A stretch of DNA of 64,000 nt from Podarcis bocagei. Its lineage: Eukaryota. Under the pieces are notes generated by a model. It saw nothing but the letters and a program-made list of their open reading frames with translations, was not told the DNA's origin and did no database searches. Positions 48,043 to 60,794 of this stretch are shown here, piece by piece; positions within the stretch are counted from its first letter, which is position 1, and every line of letters starts with the position of its first letter. The stretch lies in assembly GCA_964188305.1 (NCBI GenBank), contig OZ076892.1; one strand, 5' to 3'. Position numbers and translations under genes: made by a program.

Positions 48043-51000
48043 TAACTAATGTATATAAATCAATACCATTTTTATTTCCTCCTGCACACCCTCGCTCTCA
48101 GCCTCCAGGTTCTCACTCAGTGTCCAAACAAACTCTCAGCTCACCCACAAAAGCCTCACAATGAGAAGAGTTCCTGGAAACAGCGGACATCACCCTAGTC
48201 TCTCATGCTAGACTTGGTTTTTATGGAGATCCCAAGGGGGGGGTACTTCCTCAGGCTGCCCACAGCTGGGTCTCATTCAGTTGCACTCTCCACATGCAGT
48301 TCCAGGTACAGCAGGTTTGTACAGGGGTTCCAGAGCATAGGGAAATGGCCCCCCTCCACTCAAAGCTCTTCCTTCACTCTCTGTCCTCTCCTTTTCTTCC
48401 AGGGATGCTGGGTCCAACCTTTTCCTAGAAGGAGCTATCATAGGCACCACTTCCATTGCATTGTCTTCTGTCTGCTTTGACTTAAGCCCTCTAATGTGCA
48501 GTCCCTAACACCATGGCACAATTGGCAGTGTGTGATGAAGCATCACTGAATTAAAAACAGAAAGTAATGATTAGTAAAAGAGCTCCGGACGTACATTATC
48601 CTGTATTATGGACAGAGGGTTATGTTAGTTTTATTCAGAGCAGACCCACTGAAATGAATGGACCTAAATTAGTCATAGCCATTCATTTCAATGGATCTAC
48701 TTTGTGTGGTACTAAATTGGATATAACTTGATGTCCACCACTGGATCTTCTTAGCTAACACTGTTAAAATAACATCCTTACTTGGCTAATTAATATTTGG
48801 ACCTATTGAGCTCAGCCTTACAAATAGCTACATCCATGGATTATTTGTGGCAAAGGTCAAGAAGAGGATGCTAAAATTATTCCGCGGCTCTTTTTAAAAT
48901 TGTAACAGAGTGCAATGTGTTTTCTGCATTTTACTTTAAAAGGTATTTTTCCAACTGTGTTCTCTCTCCCCTTTTCCTTTAAAGAAAAGGTACCAAGGGA
49001 AGCACAATGATTTTTTTCACATTTGTTGTGTTTTTGTCTGAATATGTCACTAACAGAATGAACAAAGCCACCCACTTCTGTCTGTAGCAGTGGGTACTAG
49101 TGACTTCCTACTACTGTGTTTTCATAATCTGGTGTGTGGTGTCCTAGGTATCTGGTGGAGGAATGTTTGTAGGGTTCCCTATATGTTAAGTGCAAGCAAG
49201 TAGAATCTGAAGCTTTGGGAAGCTAGGTTGTACAATGGGGGTGGTCAAATCTGTCAATGTTTGTTTCTCTCAGTTTCTAATTTTTCCCAATGTTGAGTTC
49301 TGTTCTCCACATCACTTTGCAATTCTTTTTTTTTTTAATCTTCATGCAAGTTCATCACCAAATTTATTCTAATATGCACATTTTGAATGCAATGTTGCCA
49401 AATATATCCATTTTTACAAAGCAATTTCCCCAATATAATTCATTCTTGCATTCCGTTTTCCCCAATGCATGCACTATATAGCTAGAAAACAACAGTGCAA
49501 AAATCAGAGGGTGCCTGTTTTTCAGTTCAGAAACTGTGAACTAGTTTGCTTTTAAATGCAAACTGAATCAGATTCCACCCCCATCCCTATGTAGCACAGA
49601 TGTAAAAACTAAGGTAAGACACTATCCCCCCCCCCCAAATCCTGCAAGATGGGAAATACATACGCTGCCTCTCTTACTTGTCATTAAGGAAACTATAGGT
49701 AGGGATGAAAATAGAAACCCCTGACAGCTTGATTTCCACTTGCTGGCAGCAAGCTTCCGTGGTGCTCTGTAAGACCCTATAAATATGCAAACGAAGGGAT
49801 ATCCCGCACCAGGGCTGTTGGGCCACTGTAGGACTGAATAGCATTCTGTTGCTAGCATTTTATTGCTAGTGAGCCATACAAAGTGCATCTGCTTTTCAGA
49901 GGATTCCATCAACCAAACAATGTAAAAATGTGAACCAAAAGGCAGTTAATCTGGCCTATTTATGGAGGACAGCTCCAAAGCATTTTGTTTGAAATTACTC
50001 CAGCCTGCATTGAAAGGGGGAAGAGGGGAATTCTCCACAACGGTCTCTAGATTGTATCCTTCCCTGCCTTTAAACAGATTGCTTCTCAGTCTTTTGCTTC
50101 TTTGGAATGGCAGGTCTCAAGCTGGTGTCCTTGTTGAGGCAAACTAAGCATCTGATAATTTGCTCTGGGAGCGTTTGGGGGAGATGGCAAGCCTTTAAGC
50201 ATGCAAGCCACTGAATATGCAAGCTGCATGGAAGCAAAGGCATTACCTGCTTCTGCCTTCTCTTTGAAGTGGCTTTTTCTCTTCTTGGATGTTAGAAATG
50301 TCAAGAGGTCACGCCAAATAGAGGCTGGCTAGCTGACCGCCACACCAGTTTCTGATGATAGTTGCACAGTGGTGCGCCGAAGCAATATGCATCCAACTGT
50401 GTAAACGATGCTTCCTTCGGAAGCGTAGAGCTACCAGAATACAGAAAGAGCTTATGGCATGGCAAAACGGGAGGTGGGGGGAACTGGTACCTTTTGTCTC
50501 GACAAGGCCGCAGACTCGAATGATACTTTGTGATTGGCGAAAGGGAATGGAAGTACAGGCTCATTTCTGGAGCAATCTTTTCCTTTCCTCCCTTCCTTCT
50601 TCATACTGTGAGACCTCTTACTAGCCCCGTCAAGGGTATCTTCTCTCTCACACAAGGATGCCCTAATCTTATTAGTTTCTGTTCATGTCACTGAAGTCCT
50701 TAATTTTTATAAGCTGCTGCTGCAAGTTTACTTCATGATTTAGCTGGCTCCTCCCTAAAGCCACTGCTTTTGATTGTTGGCTCTTTCCTCTCTGCTTTTG
50801 GTGGGGGCTGTGTGCTGAAGGACGAGAACAAACATTCCTGCTCCTATCTGCCCACTGTTTCAAATGCAAACCTTGACCTGCTTGCCGCTGGAAATGAAAC
50901 TGTTCCAAAATACGCAGGCATCTGTAAATGCATCTTTGATTAAATCCTCGGCTCGTTTAAAACTCCATTATTCCAGACAGCAAAGCCCACGAGAGACGAT

Positions 51001-52678
51001 CACTTCACAACTACTGATTGCAGTGCTTAATAAACTGGGTGGGGGGTATGCGGATATTTTAATTACAGGCCAAAACCTCAGAAAACTTCTTCACCGATCA
51101 GAACCCAGAATGATGTGTTGTAAAACTAGAATGGCAGCACTTTAAATTAAAACAGGTCACAGAGATCAGGATTAGCACTGATCTGAGGTCGTTGACTCTC
51201 ATTTCAGATCACATAAACCTCATTAATAACAGAACCATTGACCCTTAAACTCCAGCTGCCTCTTCCCTCAGATTTTTTTTTTACACCACTTTCATTTTTT
51301 TTAAAAAAACTTCATGAACAACTAAATACTATCACTCCTATCCATAGACTAGTACAAGTCCACATTTTATTTTCTCATTTTTTAATGCAGTTAGACACAA
51401 CTCACTTGGATATTGGGGTTGGAACCCACAATTTGATTGAGACACTCCTGCTCTGTTTTAAAATATGCTTTTGTAGAATATGCATGTTGTTATAGATACT
51501 GTTATTGTTGTTTGCCTATATGCAGCTTTTTGGTTCAAAGGACCTGCAAAGCAGTGAACAGTATATTAAAATAGTTAGGGCATAGTGCATTGGTGGGGGC
51601 TGGACTAAATGATCCTCAGGGTCCCTTCCAACTCTACAATTTTATGTTTCTGTGAAAATAACAAAACACATGACAACAAAACATCTAACAAAAACAGGAT
51701 AGGATGGCCTGAGAAAAGCCATGTTAGAGGGTGCTCTAACAAACCCTACATCCTACAACCTTAGGGACTAGAAACCTGAACAGTCAACGACAATGCACAC
51801 ACACACATATAATCACCAACTACTCAATGCTGTCACACTGGCTTACATTTAGCATCTTGAAGTCTGAACGTTTCCTTTAATCTATTTTCTGTTTTTTCGT
51901 TTTCTAGAGATGGGACGTCCCCTGGGAGGATTTTTTTTTTAAAAAAACTTCTCCAAATAATCCTACCATATTTCATGGTAGAAAATGTTTGCATGAACCT
52001 GCTCCATCTCCAGTTGTTCCTCACGTAACAGATAGAAAATAGCCTCACTGCAAGGCATGATAAGCTTTTACTAGATTTAAATGAAAATGTATCATGAGAG
52101 AAGTGTGGGTCTGGGGCTGGTGAGTGTGTGTGTGTATCTGTTAGGGTGGCTACATGTGTATTGCCAAAAATTCCATAGCGTTCTTCTGAGAGATGGAAGA
52201 AAATACTGACTGCGGGTTTATGGAAATCAAAAATAAAAGGAAAGTGTTTCAAGGGTTACAGATATTTGCCCACAGTCCAGTTGCTGAATATTGTGAATGC
52301 TGGTTATGTTTTTGTGGTGTCATTTACAGATCAGTTTCTACTCATTGATTACTGTCTCCAACAGACGGTGGGACTTGCACTAGTCAAAGAGATAAGAAAA
52401 ATCAGAGTTGCACATTGGTGGGTCTTCAGCACTATAGCTGGAGACAGGCATGTGTGGAAGGACTACCAGTGGCAGGCAAATGGGGCAGAGCAGTTAGAAC
52501 AGATTTCATCCGCTCCAAAATTTTCTGTCCCAACTTTGGCTCGCCCTTCATCATGCTGCTGCCCCCTCTCACCCACCCAGGCTGCCTCAACCTGCCACCC
52601 CCAACTCAGCTTGCCACCTGCCACTTTACTTTTGTTAGTCTGCTGCCAGGCTGAAGCCACCTCTCCATGTCCACCTCC

Positions 52679-53002
52679 CAGGGGCGTAGGAAGGGGGGTG
52701 CGGGGGTGCGGTTTGTCTCCGGTGTCATCACTGAGGGCGTAACAAAATGGCACACCGCAGGGGGTGGCACTTACCGCAGGGCCTGGGCTGCAGAGCCATG
52801 CACCAGAGCCACGCGTCTGTCCTGGGAGTGACGCGGTGGCTCGGGGCACCACGCTGACCAAAACGACAGTGTGGGGCTTGCATCTGCCAGGCGGACTCTG
52901 TGGGCAGCTCGCCACAGTGCCCCCATGCGCGGCTCACCACACCGCCTCCCCTGGGCGAATCGCCCTGCCCCCGCTGCTCCGGGTGCTGGAGCTACACCCC
53001 AG
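52679..53002. mobile_element. GC/CpG-rich non-autonomous hAT element
   Basis: Termini CAGGGGCGTAG / CTACACCCCAG. 8-bp TSD CCACCTCC (52671-52678) / CCACCTCT (53003-53010). Confidence 0.8.
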
Positions 53003-53274
53003 CCACCTCTTTCCCCTCTGTGAGGCATGTGTCCCTTTGGCAATTGCCAAAGTGATCCCATTCGGCACCCAGGGACTCGTCAGCAGGGTTGGATGTGACT
53101 TTGCTGACTTGTGTAAGAGTGCCAGTCTTAAACAGGACATTCCGGGATCCCAACAAAAGCTGGGATTGGCTTCTGTGATCTCCCAAATAAAACAGGACGG
53201 TTGGGGGTATGAGATTCTCATATCTGTAGTTGTCCTCCAGAACTGTAGACAGCAGCTTTGATTTGCACACAATT

Positions 53275-53680
53275 TGCTGAATAAAGCCAAAGGCCCATCT
53301 AGTCAAGCATCTTGTCCTCACAGTGGCCAGTTAGAAACCTATGGGAAACTCACAAGCAGAACCTGAGTACAACAGCTCTCCGCTTCCCAGCACCTGGTAT
53401 TCAGAGGCATATTGCCTCTGACCATGAGCATGAAACACAATCATCATGACTAGTAGCATTATCCTCCACAAATTTTGTCAAATCCCCTTTTAGAGCATTT
53501 CAAATTGGTAGCCACCACTACATTTTCTGGAAGTGAATTCTATAAGTTAACAAAGTACCGTGTGAAGAAGTATTTTCTTTTGGCTGTCCTGAATCACCCC
53601 AACATTTGGGTTCGTTGGATTGGCCCCATGTATTAGTACGATGAGCAAGCGAGAAAAACTTCTCCCTATGCATGTTCTCC
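53275..53680 (-). mobile_element. Old CR1-like 3' end (related pieces ~29630-29905 +, ~61450-61745 +, ~40630-40700 -)
   Basis: The minus strand has AAAGAAAATACTTCTTCACACGG...AACTTATAGAATTCACTTCCAG...GTAGTGGTGGCTACC (ORF2 end) and a 3' UTR ending ACTAGATGGGCCTTTGGC. Confidence 0.6.
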
Positions 53681-53804
53681 TTTATTTTATTTTATTTTAT
53701 TTTAGTTTAGTTTATTGCATTCAAATCCCACCTTTTTCTCCAAGGAGATCAGGGTGGTGTACATAGGTCTCCCTTTTTTATCTTCACAACAACCCTGTGA
53801 GGTA

Positions 53805-53943
53805 AATTCAGGTAGGTAGCCATGTTGGTCTGACGCAGTTGAAATAAATTTAAAAAATCAAAAAATTGTCCAGTAGCACCTTAGAGACCAGCTAAGTTTG
53901 TTCTGGGTATAAGCTTTCATGTGCATGCACACTTCCTCAGATA
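53805..53943 (-). mobile_element. 139-bp PLE 3'-end (solo pLTR-like) insertion with 11-bp TSD
   Basis: CCTGTGAGGTA occurs at 53794-53804 and 53944-53954. The minus-strand insert TATCTGAGGAAGTGTGCATGCACATGAAAGCTTATACCC...CTCTAAGGTGCTACTGGAC...CAGACCAACATGGCTACCTACCTGAA resembles reptile PLE 3' termini. It interrupts a SINE. Confidence 0.85.
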
Positions 53944-53945
53944 CC
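53906..53945 (-). ncRNA. Minimal type I hammerhead-ribozyme-like motif
   Basis: Minus strand GGUAU-CUGAGGA-A-GUGUG(CAUG)CACAU-GAAA-GC-UU-AUACC: stem I GGUAU/AUACC (5 bp), core CUGAGGA and GAAA, 5-bp stem II, vestigial helix III. Confidence 0.75.
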
Positions 53946-54960
53946 TGTGAGGTAGGTGAGGGCTGAGAGTGACTGGCCCAAGGTCACCAAGTGAGTTTCA
54001 TGACTGAGTGGAGATTTGAACCCTTGTTTCTCAAGTCTTTGTCCGACACTTTAACCACTACACCACACTTTACACTACATCACTATCATTTGCTTGCACT
54101 TTTTTCTAAACTAAAAATCTCCAAATGCACCCCTGTGTCCTTCTTCTCACTTTTCTGGGCTGAGGCCCCTGTGCTCACCTTACGTGCTGCTCATCATGCG
54201 TTGTAAGGGGGAGACTGGTAGTTTATTTCACCTTATGACCAGATAATGGGTTTTCTATCAGCATAAAAATGTGTAGCAGGGCCAATAAATCATATTCTTC
54301 CCATAATGTGGGATGTCTTTGGAAGGTTGATATAAAATGTGTTACCTGCCAACAGTTCTTTAAGAGGGTCATAACTTTGGGGGCGGGGATGGAGGAACAC
54401 AGCTTGGGCAAATCTCTCCTAGTATACCTACAGAAATAGAGGCCAGGGCCTTTAATTTGTAGTTTTTCATTAAGAAGAGATTTAAGGCAGGATTGCAGCA
54501 TTGCTGCCTTTAATTTTCTTTGAGGGATTCTTTCTTCCTTGACTTAACAAGCTTACCTTTGTCAGTCGGTTTGATTCCTCCCCCCCCCCCCCGGTCTGCT
54601 GCCCCCATCATTTTATTCAGTGAAGGGGATGAGATGAAGCTGTTACTTCTGCCACATCAGAGTATTTTTTCCCTCCCCACCAGAGCTGTTAGCAGTGGAA
54701 AGAACAGTGTTTTAATTTTCTGTTGTCTTGCCAAATCCAAACGGGATTAAATGCTTTCAAGGTCTTTGGGCTATCGCTTTACCCAAAACACCCATCCCAA
54801 AACATTCGGAGAGGCAGAAAGACGCTGCATAGCTATTTACTTTAAATGCCTGATTAAAATTTCATGAAGACAGGAAGTCAGGGAAAAGAAATAGAATGCA
54901 GGAACGACAAAATCCAGGTCTTTGTAATTTTTAGCTCGACATCATACAACAGCCATCGAG

Positions 54961-54962
<2 letters not shown>

Positions 54963-55002
<40 letters not shown>
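54963..55002. repeat. (GT)n microsatellite
   Basis: Read directly from the sequence. Confidence 0.95.
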
Positions 55003-55003
<1 letters not shown>

Positions 55004-55899
55004 GGATTGTAAGGAAATAAAAGGTATACAATTATGCTGAAACTTTGAAACTGCATTCTGTTGGTGTTTAGGACTGTGTGTGTTTGAGTATAATTGTAGC
55101 TCATTAACACTGCATATACATCATGCATTATCTTAGGAAGTGTAATTTGCTCCTCACAGAGCTACAATGCTCAGCATCTGAAAACTATAGTTCCCATGAT
55201 TCTTGAGGGGGGTGCAATTTAAATGTATGGTATGTAAACCTGGGATTCTGATTAGAAGACAACCATTATTTAAGGTTACCCAAAAGTTTTGTGTTTTTAA
55301 TACAATTCTCAGACATTAGGGAAATGTATTTTTTCAACTGAAACTTATTTCCCTTGTCTTAGTTGGAAGGAAATATTGTAATGCCAAAATAGTTTTACAG
55401 TCCTTTGCATGTCTGCTCAGAATACGTTTCATTGATCTCAGTAGAGCTGACTCCCAGATCAATCAATACAGGATTTCAGACACATGCATAGGCAATACTG
55501 GGCCTTACTTCCTAATATGCTTGTATAATATTGTGCTGTTAAGTGTGTGTCATTTTGGGGCAGGCAGGGGTGGAAATAGAGTGAGGATGGGAGAAAAAGG
55601 AGAATTGGGAGGAATATTTGCTTTGCTTTCGAAGTTTTGGGACCTAATGTTCTTCAAAATACATTCTTCTTCTTAAACGTATTAAAAAAATGAAATGCTT
55701 TTTTCTCCTTAATAAATAATTGAATGTTGTACCACTGCTACTGAGAGTGCATGCTTGCAAATACTCAAGTGCAGACCATTTTATATTGGAAGCAATCAAT
55801 TTATTTTCATTGGCTAATGTCTGGCTGCTCAGATGACTTATCATATGCCTAACTGAATATTTGGGCAGGCCCTACCACCAAACAAAATCTGGTTTCAGT

Positions 55900-56201
55900 C
55901 AGCGGCGGAGGAAGCCACTTGGGTGCCTGGGGCAGCGCTTCCAGGGGTGGGACGAGCTGCCCATAGGGGAGGGGTGCACTGCAGGGCCTCCGGAATCTGC
56001 CTGCCTCCTCCCACTCAGCCACCCTACAGCTGGGGGGGGGGGGGTATCAGGCATACTGTTTGGACAGCGTGGAGCCTGCGCACGGCCAAGCCATTATGTC
56101 TCTCCCAGGAGAGACATGTGGCTCGGGCGTGCTGCCGCCCCCCGCCCCCAGTGATACCCGGGGTGGCCTGCATCCACCACACACCCCTTCCCCCGCCCCT
56201 G
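55900..56201. mobile_element. GC-rich non-autonomous hAT element
   Basis: Termini CAGCGGCGGAGG / CCCCCGCCCCTG. 8-bp flanks GTTTCAGT / GTTTTGGT, both derivable from GTTTCGGT. Confidence 0.75.
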
Positions 56202-58064
56202 GTTTTGGTACGCCAAGCTAATGAACAAATGGCAAGTTTGATTTATTTATTTTTTTATATTTATTTTACAAACAGTTGAGAAGAAGGTGAGGTTGAACCA
56301 TCTCTGGGACTTTGACTCCACGGAAGCCCAGAGGTTCTCAGCATTTGGTGGTGGGAGTGAGGACTAGATTTGAGGCTGTTGCTCCTTCCCCTTGGGCAAC
56401 ACTTTGTGTCTCCTTGGTCTCTGTATCGTCACATGAATGAGTGCCTAATGTGCAGACAGCACTGAGAACATTCTTAACCTGGCAGCTTCACCCACCTTAA
56501 CAGATCTCTTAGACACGCTTACATTTGAAGCACGAATAACACACAGTGAGATTTTACAACTTAGGGACAAACTCAGCGTTGAATGAGCCCCAAGTCCCTG
56601 GACGGCTGACAAGCTACGACAAGTTTTTTTGTTTTATTAACAAGTTCATTGGCTTGCTAATACATAGCATGCCTCATGTGGTACTCTGCCCTTGAAGGAA
56701 GAAAGGCAAATTAGTTGCTTAAAAAAGGAAGTCGTTCCCCCCCCCCCCGCCCCGTTTCTAGAAAAAACACAATAATATTCTCCATGAGGCTTTACAGGGC
56801 AAATGTCTTTTCATTCAATCCTCATGTGCGCACTACGGTCTTTTTGCATCCATTACCAACATGTCACAGGTGCAAGCCACCAGGGAGGGTGCTGCAGATT
56901 TAATTGTGAGGCAGGTGGTGATAACTCGGCGCCATAATGCAGTCATCCCAAGGTGTGTTTGTGCATCTGTTAAGCATGTGAGGATTTTAGTTTATTTTTC
57001 TTTCTTTTTTAGGGGGTTGTTTTCCTCCTATAAGGTGCCACCGGGGAAAAAGGTTAACAAGACCAAAGGAAGTCAAAAGAGGCTGGCAATGGCTTCTAAG
57101 GTTAAATAAAATTAATAGTAAATATCCAATTTATGTGCATGCAGGAGACAGCAGAGAAAAATGTGCCCGGCTCTTTTGCATAGACATTTGTACAGTCCCT
57201 CGAATGAGTTAGGTTGTCTTGTCTCATGTGAATTCTCACCCTCTGCCCCTTGTGACTTCCTGCTCCTGTTTTTTAGCTTTTCTGGAGAGAGGAACTGGCT
57301 GCTTCCCAAATGGCAAAGGATTCCTTTTTATCCTTGGATTTTTTGAAGATTTTTTTTAAAGGTTGCCTTTTGGAAAGAAGGGTGTTACAGTTAGAGGATA
57401 AACATCCAAGGAAAGTTCTTGGTAGGGGACTGCAGAGTACTTCTAGGAGTTAAACGTAATAGATACAAATATGCTGTTCTTGCTAATGTATTAATTGTTT
57501 ATTTGAGGCATTCCTTTTATCCCCCTCTTTGGCCAGAAAAATCTGTCATATTAATAATTAGAGATTTATTTATTTATTTAAAAAAAACCACATTTCTATT
57601 CTGCTTAATATTTCTAAAATACAACTAAAAATGGAATATATCATTAAAACAAAAATACAACCTAAAACTAGTAATGCAACAATAAACTCTTAAAAACATA
57701 AATAAAACTGAATAAAAGAGAAATTCAGATTAATAATAAGACAGTCCTTTGACGCAAAAGGGATTGGAAGGGAGGAGAAAACCAAAATAACAGCAAGCTT
57801 TAGTTACAAACTGCTTTATAAGGACCAGTTGGAATGAAGGCAGCACAAAGAGAGGAGGAGCCATACCTGAGTGGTCCTGCTTCCTTTGTGTCCCTCTGCT
57901 GTTGTGGCAAAGGATCATATGTACCGTGCAGCAACGTTATCATCTCCAGTACACAAAAAGTAGTTTTGCCATGGAAGCAAATCTGCCTGTACAGTTTGAA
58001 GTCTCCAGTCTTGTAAGTTCTTGAGGAAAAGGCTGAAGAATCCTCTATTGGGGGTGTCTTAGGA

Positions 58065-58200
58065 CAGGCATAGGCAAACTTGGCCCTCCAGATGTTTTGG
58101 GACTACAACTCCCATCATCCCTGACCAGTGATCCTGTTAGCTAGGGATGATGGGAGTTGTAGTCCCAAAACATCTGGAGGGCTAAGTTTGCCTATGCCTG
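58065..58200. mobile_element. 136-bp palindromic hAT MITE
   Basis: Near-perfect ~58-bp inverted arms CAGGCATAGGCAAACT... / ...AGTTTGCCTATGCCTG. Exact 8-bp TSD TCTTAGGA at 58057-58064 and 58201-58208. Confidence 0.93.
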
Positions 58201-58499
58201 TCTTAGGACATCTGGGAGAAGCCTTTGTTGGTGGTCCCCGTGGCTCAGAGGCATGGCTTGTAAACCACTAGAAACAGTGCCTAAGCTGGTGGAACTCCCT
58301 CCCACCTGAGATTAGACAGACCCCCACCTACTTGCTGAACTTCAGAGATATTACTGAGACTGTCTTGTTCCAGCAGGCATGTTAAGGTAGTGTTCAGTTT
58401 TCTGATAAGTCTTTCTTATTTCATTCTTTGCATTGTTTGTTTTTCATGTATGCCACTTAGAAACACTCATTATTAAGTGCACCAAACACCTTGCTTTGC

Positions 58500-58900
58500 A
58501 GACAACAAGAAGTAGCATTAACAGAGTGTAGAAATGTCAGTCCATATATGGGGTATATCAGATAACAATACCTACCCCACTGTATCTTGCAGTCTTTGTT
58601 ACATTACGTCCTTATCAATTATCAGAGACCTAGTAACAGTTGCACCAATGGTGGGAATGCGATAAAATGGTTTCTTTTGGGAATTTTATTTTTAATAGGC
58701 AGGTCCATCTCTCCCAATCCAACTGTAGTATTGTTATGCATTGACAATTTGCAAAAGCCACATAACTATAAAGAACTAGCATTTTTCATATTGCGCACAG
58801 CTAGAATCAAAGTTTCTAGAAAATCACGGAGGGTGCTCCACAGAGCAGGAGGTTTGACAAATTTTGGGAAATTTTTGTCTGGAAAACTAACCCAAGATGG
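58500..58900 (+). pseudogene. Decayed L1/Tx1-type ORF2 C-terminal fragment
   Basis: One frame reads HQWWECDKM; the adjacent frame reads IGRSISPNPTVVLL...KELAFFILRTARIKVSRK. Both resemble the post-knuckle region of non-mammalian L1 ORF2. Confidence 0.55.
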
Positions 58901-59039
58901 AAGGGGGTGGTAAGGTGAATAGAAATGCTGCCCTTCCTGCCTGCTGGGCACTCTGCTGTCTTTATGGAGGGGTCACATACAGGCACCCAGAACTGGGCAG
59001 CTTTTACTTTACAGTAGTTTTTTTAGCTGTGATTTCTAC

Positions 59040-59105
59040 ATTGCAGGGGGTTAGACTAGATGACCCTCGGAGTCCCTTTCAACTCTCCAGTTCTAAGATT
59101 ATATG
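59040..59105 (+). mobile_element. Short CR1/SINE 3'-tail fragment (others at ~51590-51655 +, ~45942-45990 -)
   Basis: TTGCAGGGGGTTAGACTAGATGACCCTCGGAGTCCCTTTCAACTCT...TTCTAAGATT matches 24075-24135. Confidence 0.75.
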
Positions 59106-60794
59106 AACGCTTTATGACAGCACTGTAACATGATTGTGCAGTTAACACTCTACACTTTTGTTGTAACTTGTAGGTTATTTGAACGTTCTCGTTTCTGGAT
59201 TGAAAAACCAATGAACACTTTTTTATTATATAAAACAGAAGAAAAGAACTGGCATTCCCTTCAGTCCATGCATTAAAACAACAACAAAGTTAGGAGCTTT
59301 CCGAACCCAGATATCTGGATGACTGTTCCACTGCCCTGATAGAGCAACTACATGTCTGCATGCCAAGATATCAGAGGAGAAAAATCCAGATGGAACTAAT
59401 TTTCTAGAGACATTTCGAATAAAGGAATGGGATAACATTTTTAAAAAAGAAATCCTAAGGGCAACACAGTAAAGGGCAACCTATCTGGTGCTTGGCAGCA
59501 CATTAAAATAATTTGTAAAAGTACGTTTTATGGGACAGAGTAAATAAGGCACATCATACATCATTCGGAAGACATGCAGAAATGAGGCAGAGAAAAATCA
59601 CCATTGGATGTTTTATATAAGGCCATTTTCATGAGTCAGCTTCTTTTTGAGCTTTGCGGACTCTCCAGCTGCAAGCTTTGCACTGTTGGCTTATCTTCAG
59701 CTTGTGGCTTTGCGTGTGCCAGAATTAGCTTATAATTGGCTGTGCCTTCCCCTTTGTAACTGGTAATAATAGAACTCTGATCAGCACAAAAAAAGGGAGG
59801 AGGCTTAAAATTTGGATGTTTTAGCTTCATTGCAACTTCAAGAGGCCTCCAATTTGGCCATGCACTAGCTTTGCTCCTTGTACCAGAACTGACAAATGTT
59901 TGAACAAACAAGTCACCATCTGAAAAAAAGAGAGCTGCAAATGTGTAGGATAAATGAGTAAGAACTGGGATTTTGCATGTTGCAGAGGCAGTGACCCTAT
60001 CTGCAGAGGCCAGATCACACAGAGAGGAGTGGGGCTGCATGTCCTGACCACCCCACTCCATTACATCCCATTCTGGCACTGCCCCCATGCTGCTCACACA
60101 TTGGGGGTTTGCCTGTAGCAGTGCACACCGCCCCCCCCCCCATTAATAAAGATGCCGTCCTGTTGCCAATGAGAGTGAGCCACAGAGATTCTAAAACCTC
60201 CCCCCAATCGTAGTTTCAGTCTGGAAAATATTATTGTCCCCAATCATACATGGCAATAATTTTTTGGAAGATTTACTTTATTTTGCCATGCTATCATCCC
60301 CCCAAATATCAGGATGGATGAAGTTCCCTATTGTTATCGGTTCACAGCCTTTGGATGCTAACTGTGCTTTGTGTTTGTAAAAGTGCCATTTAGCTCAGTA
60401 GCTCCAAAGGGTTTTGTTTTGAAAAGGGGAAAGTAGAGTGGTTTGAGGTTAAGAGCACCGTCAGTAATAATACAGCAATGCATTGTTCTGACGATTCAGG
60501 ACTCATGCCCAGTCTCTCTCACCAGGCAGATTATTCTGTCTTGTTCAGAATAAGACTTCCATGTTGCTTGCTGGTTGTTTTAGGCAAGTCAGCCATGGAA
60601 CCATAGAATTAGGGCTTTACTCTTCGTCTTCTACTCCAAAGGACTCAACTTCCTTCATTGAATTTGAGCTTTCATTTTGTACTTTCCAAGTTTTTTCTCT
60701 GGTGATGATCTGTGGTTTACACATACAAAAGAGTAACATGGATCTACAAATACACAAGTGTATAAATGCACGTTCAGAAAATATTAGAAAGTCA

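Larger units (their letters stand above)
53680..54068 (-). mobile_element. Older tRNA-derived SINE of the same type, interrupted by the 139-bp PLE insert
   Basis: TTAACCACTACACCACAC head, GATTTGAACCC B box, CCCAAGGTCACC core and CACAACAACCCTGTGAGGTA, with a (TTTTA)n tail. Related degenerate copies at ~10500-10660 (-), ~33210-33340 (+) and ~61795-62000 (-). Confidence 0.75.

Noticed and set aside
50344-50400. Hammerhead look-alike: CAGTTT-CTGATGA-...TGCACAGTGGTGCG..-GAAG-CAATATGC-ATCC-AACTG
   Set aside because: It has GAAG instead of GAAA, no A15.1-U16.1 pair, stem II is offset from the core, and stem I is not adjacent to a cleavage triplet. Probably chance.
52266-53321. Cluster of 70-165-aa ORFs and a CpG-island-like promoter
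   Set aside because: Explained by a GC-rich hAT insertion with a TSD, which lowers stop-codon frequency. No protein motifs.
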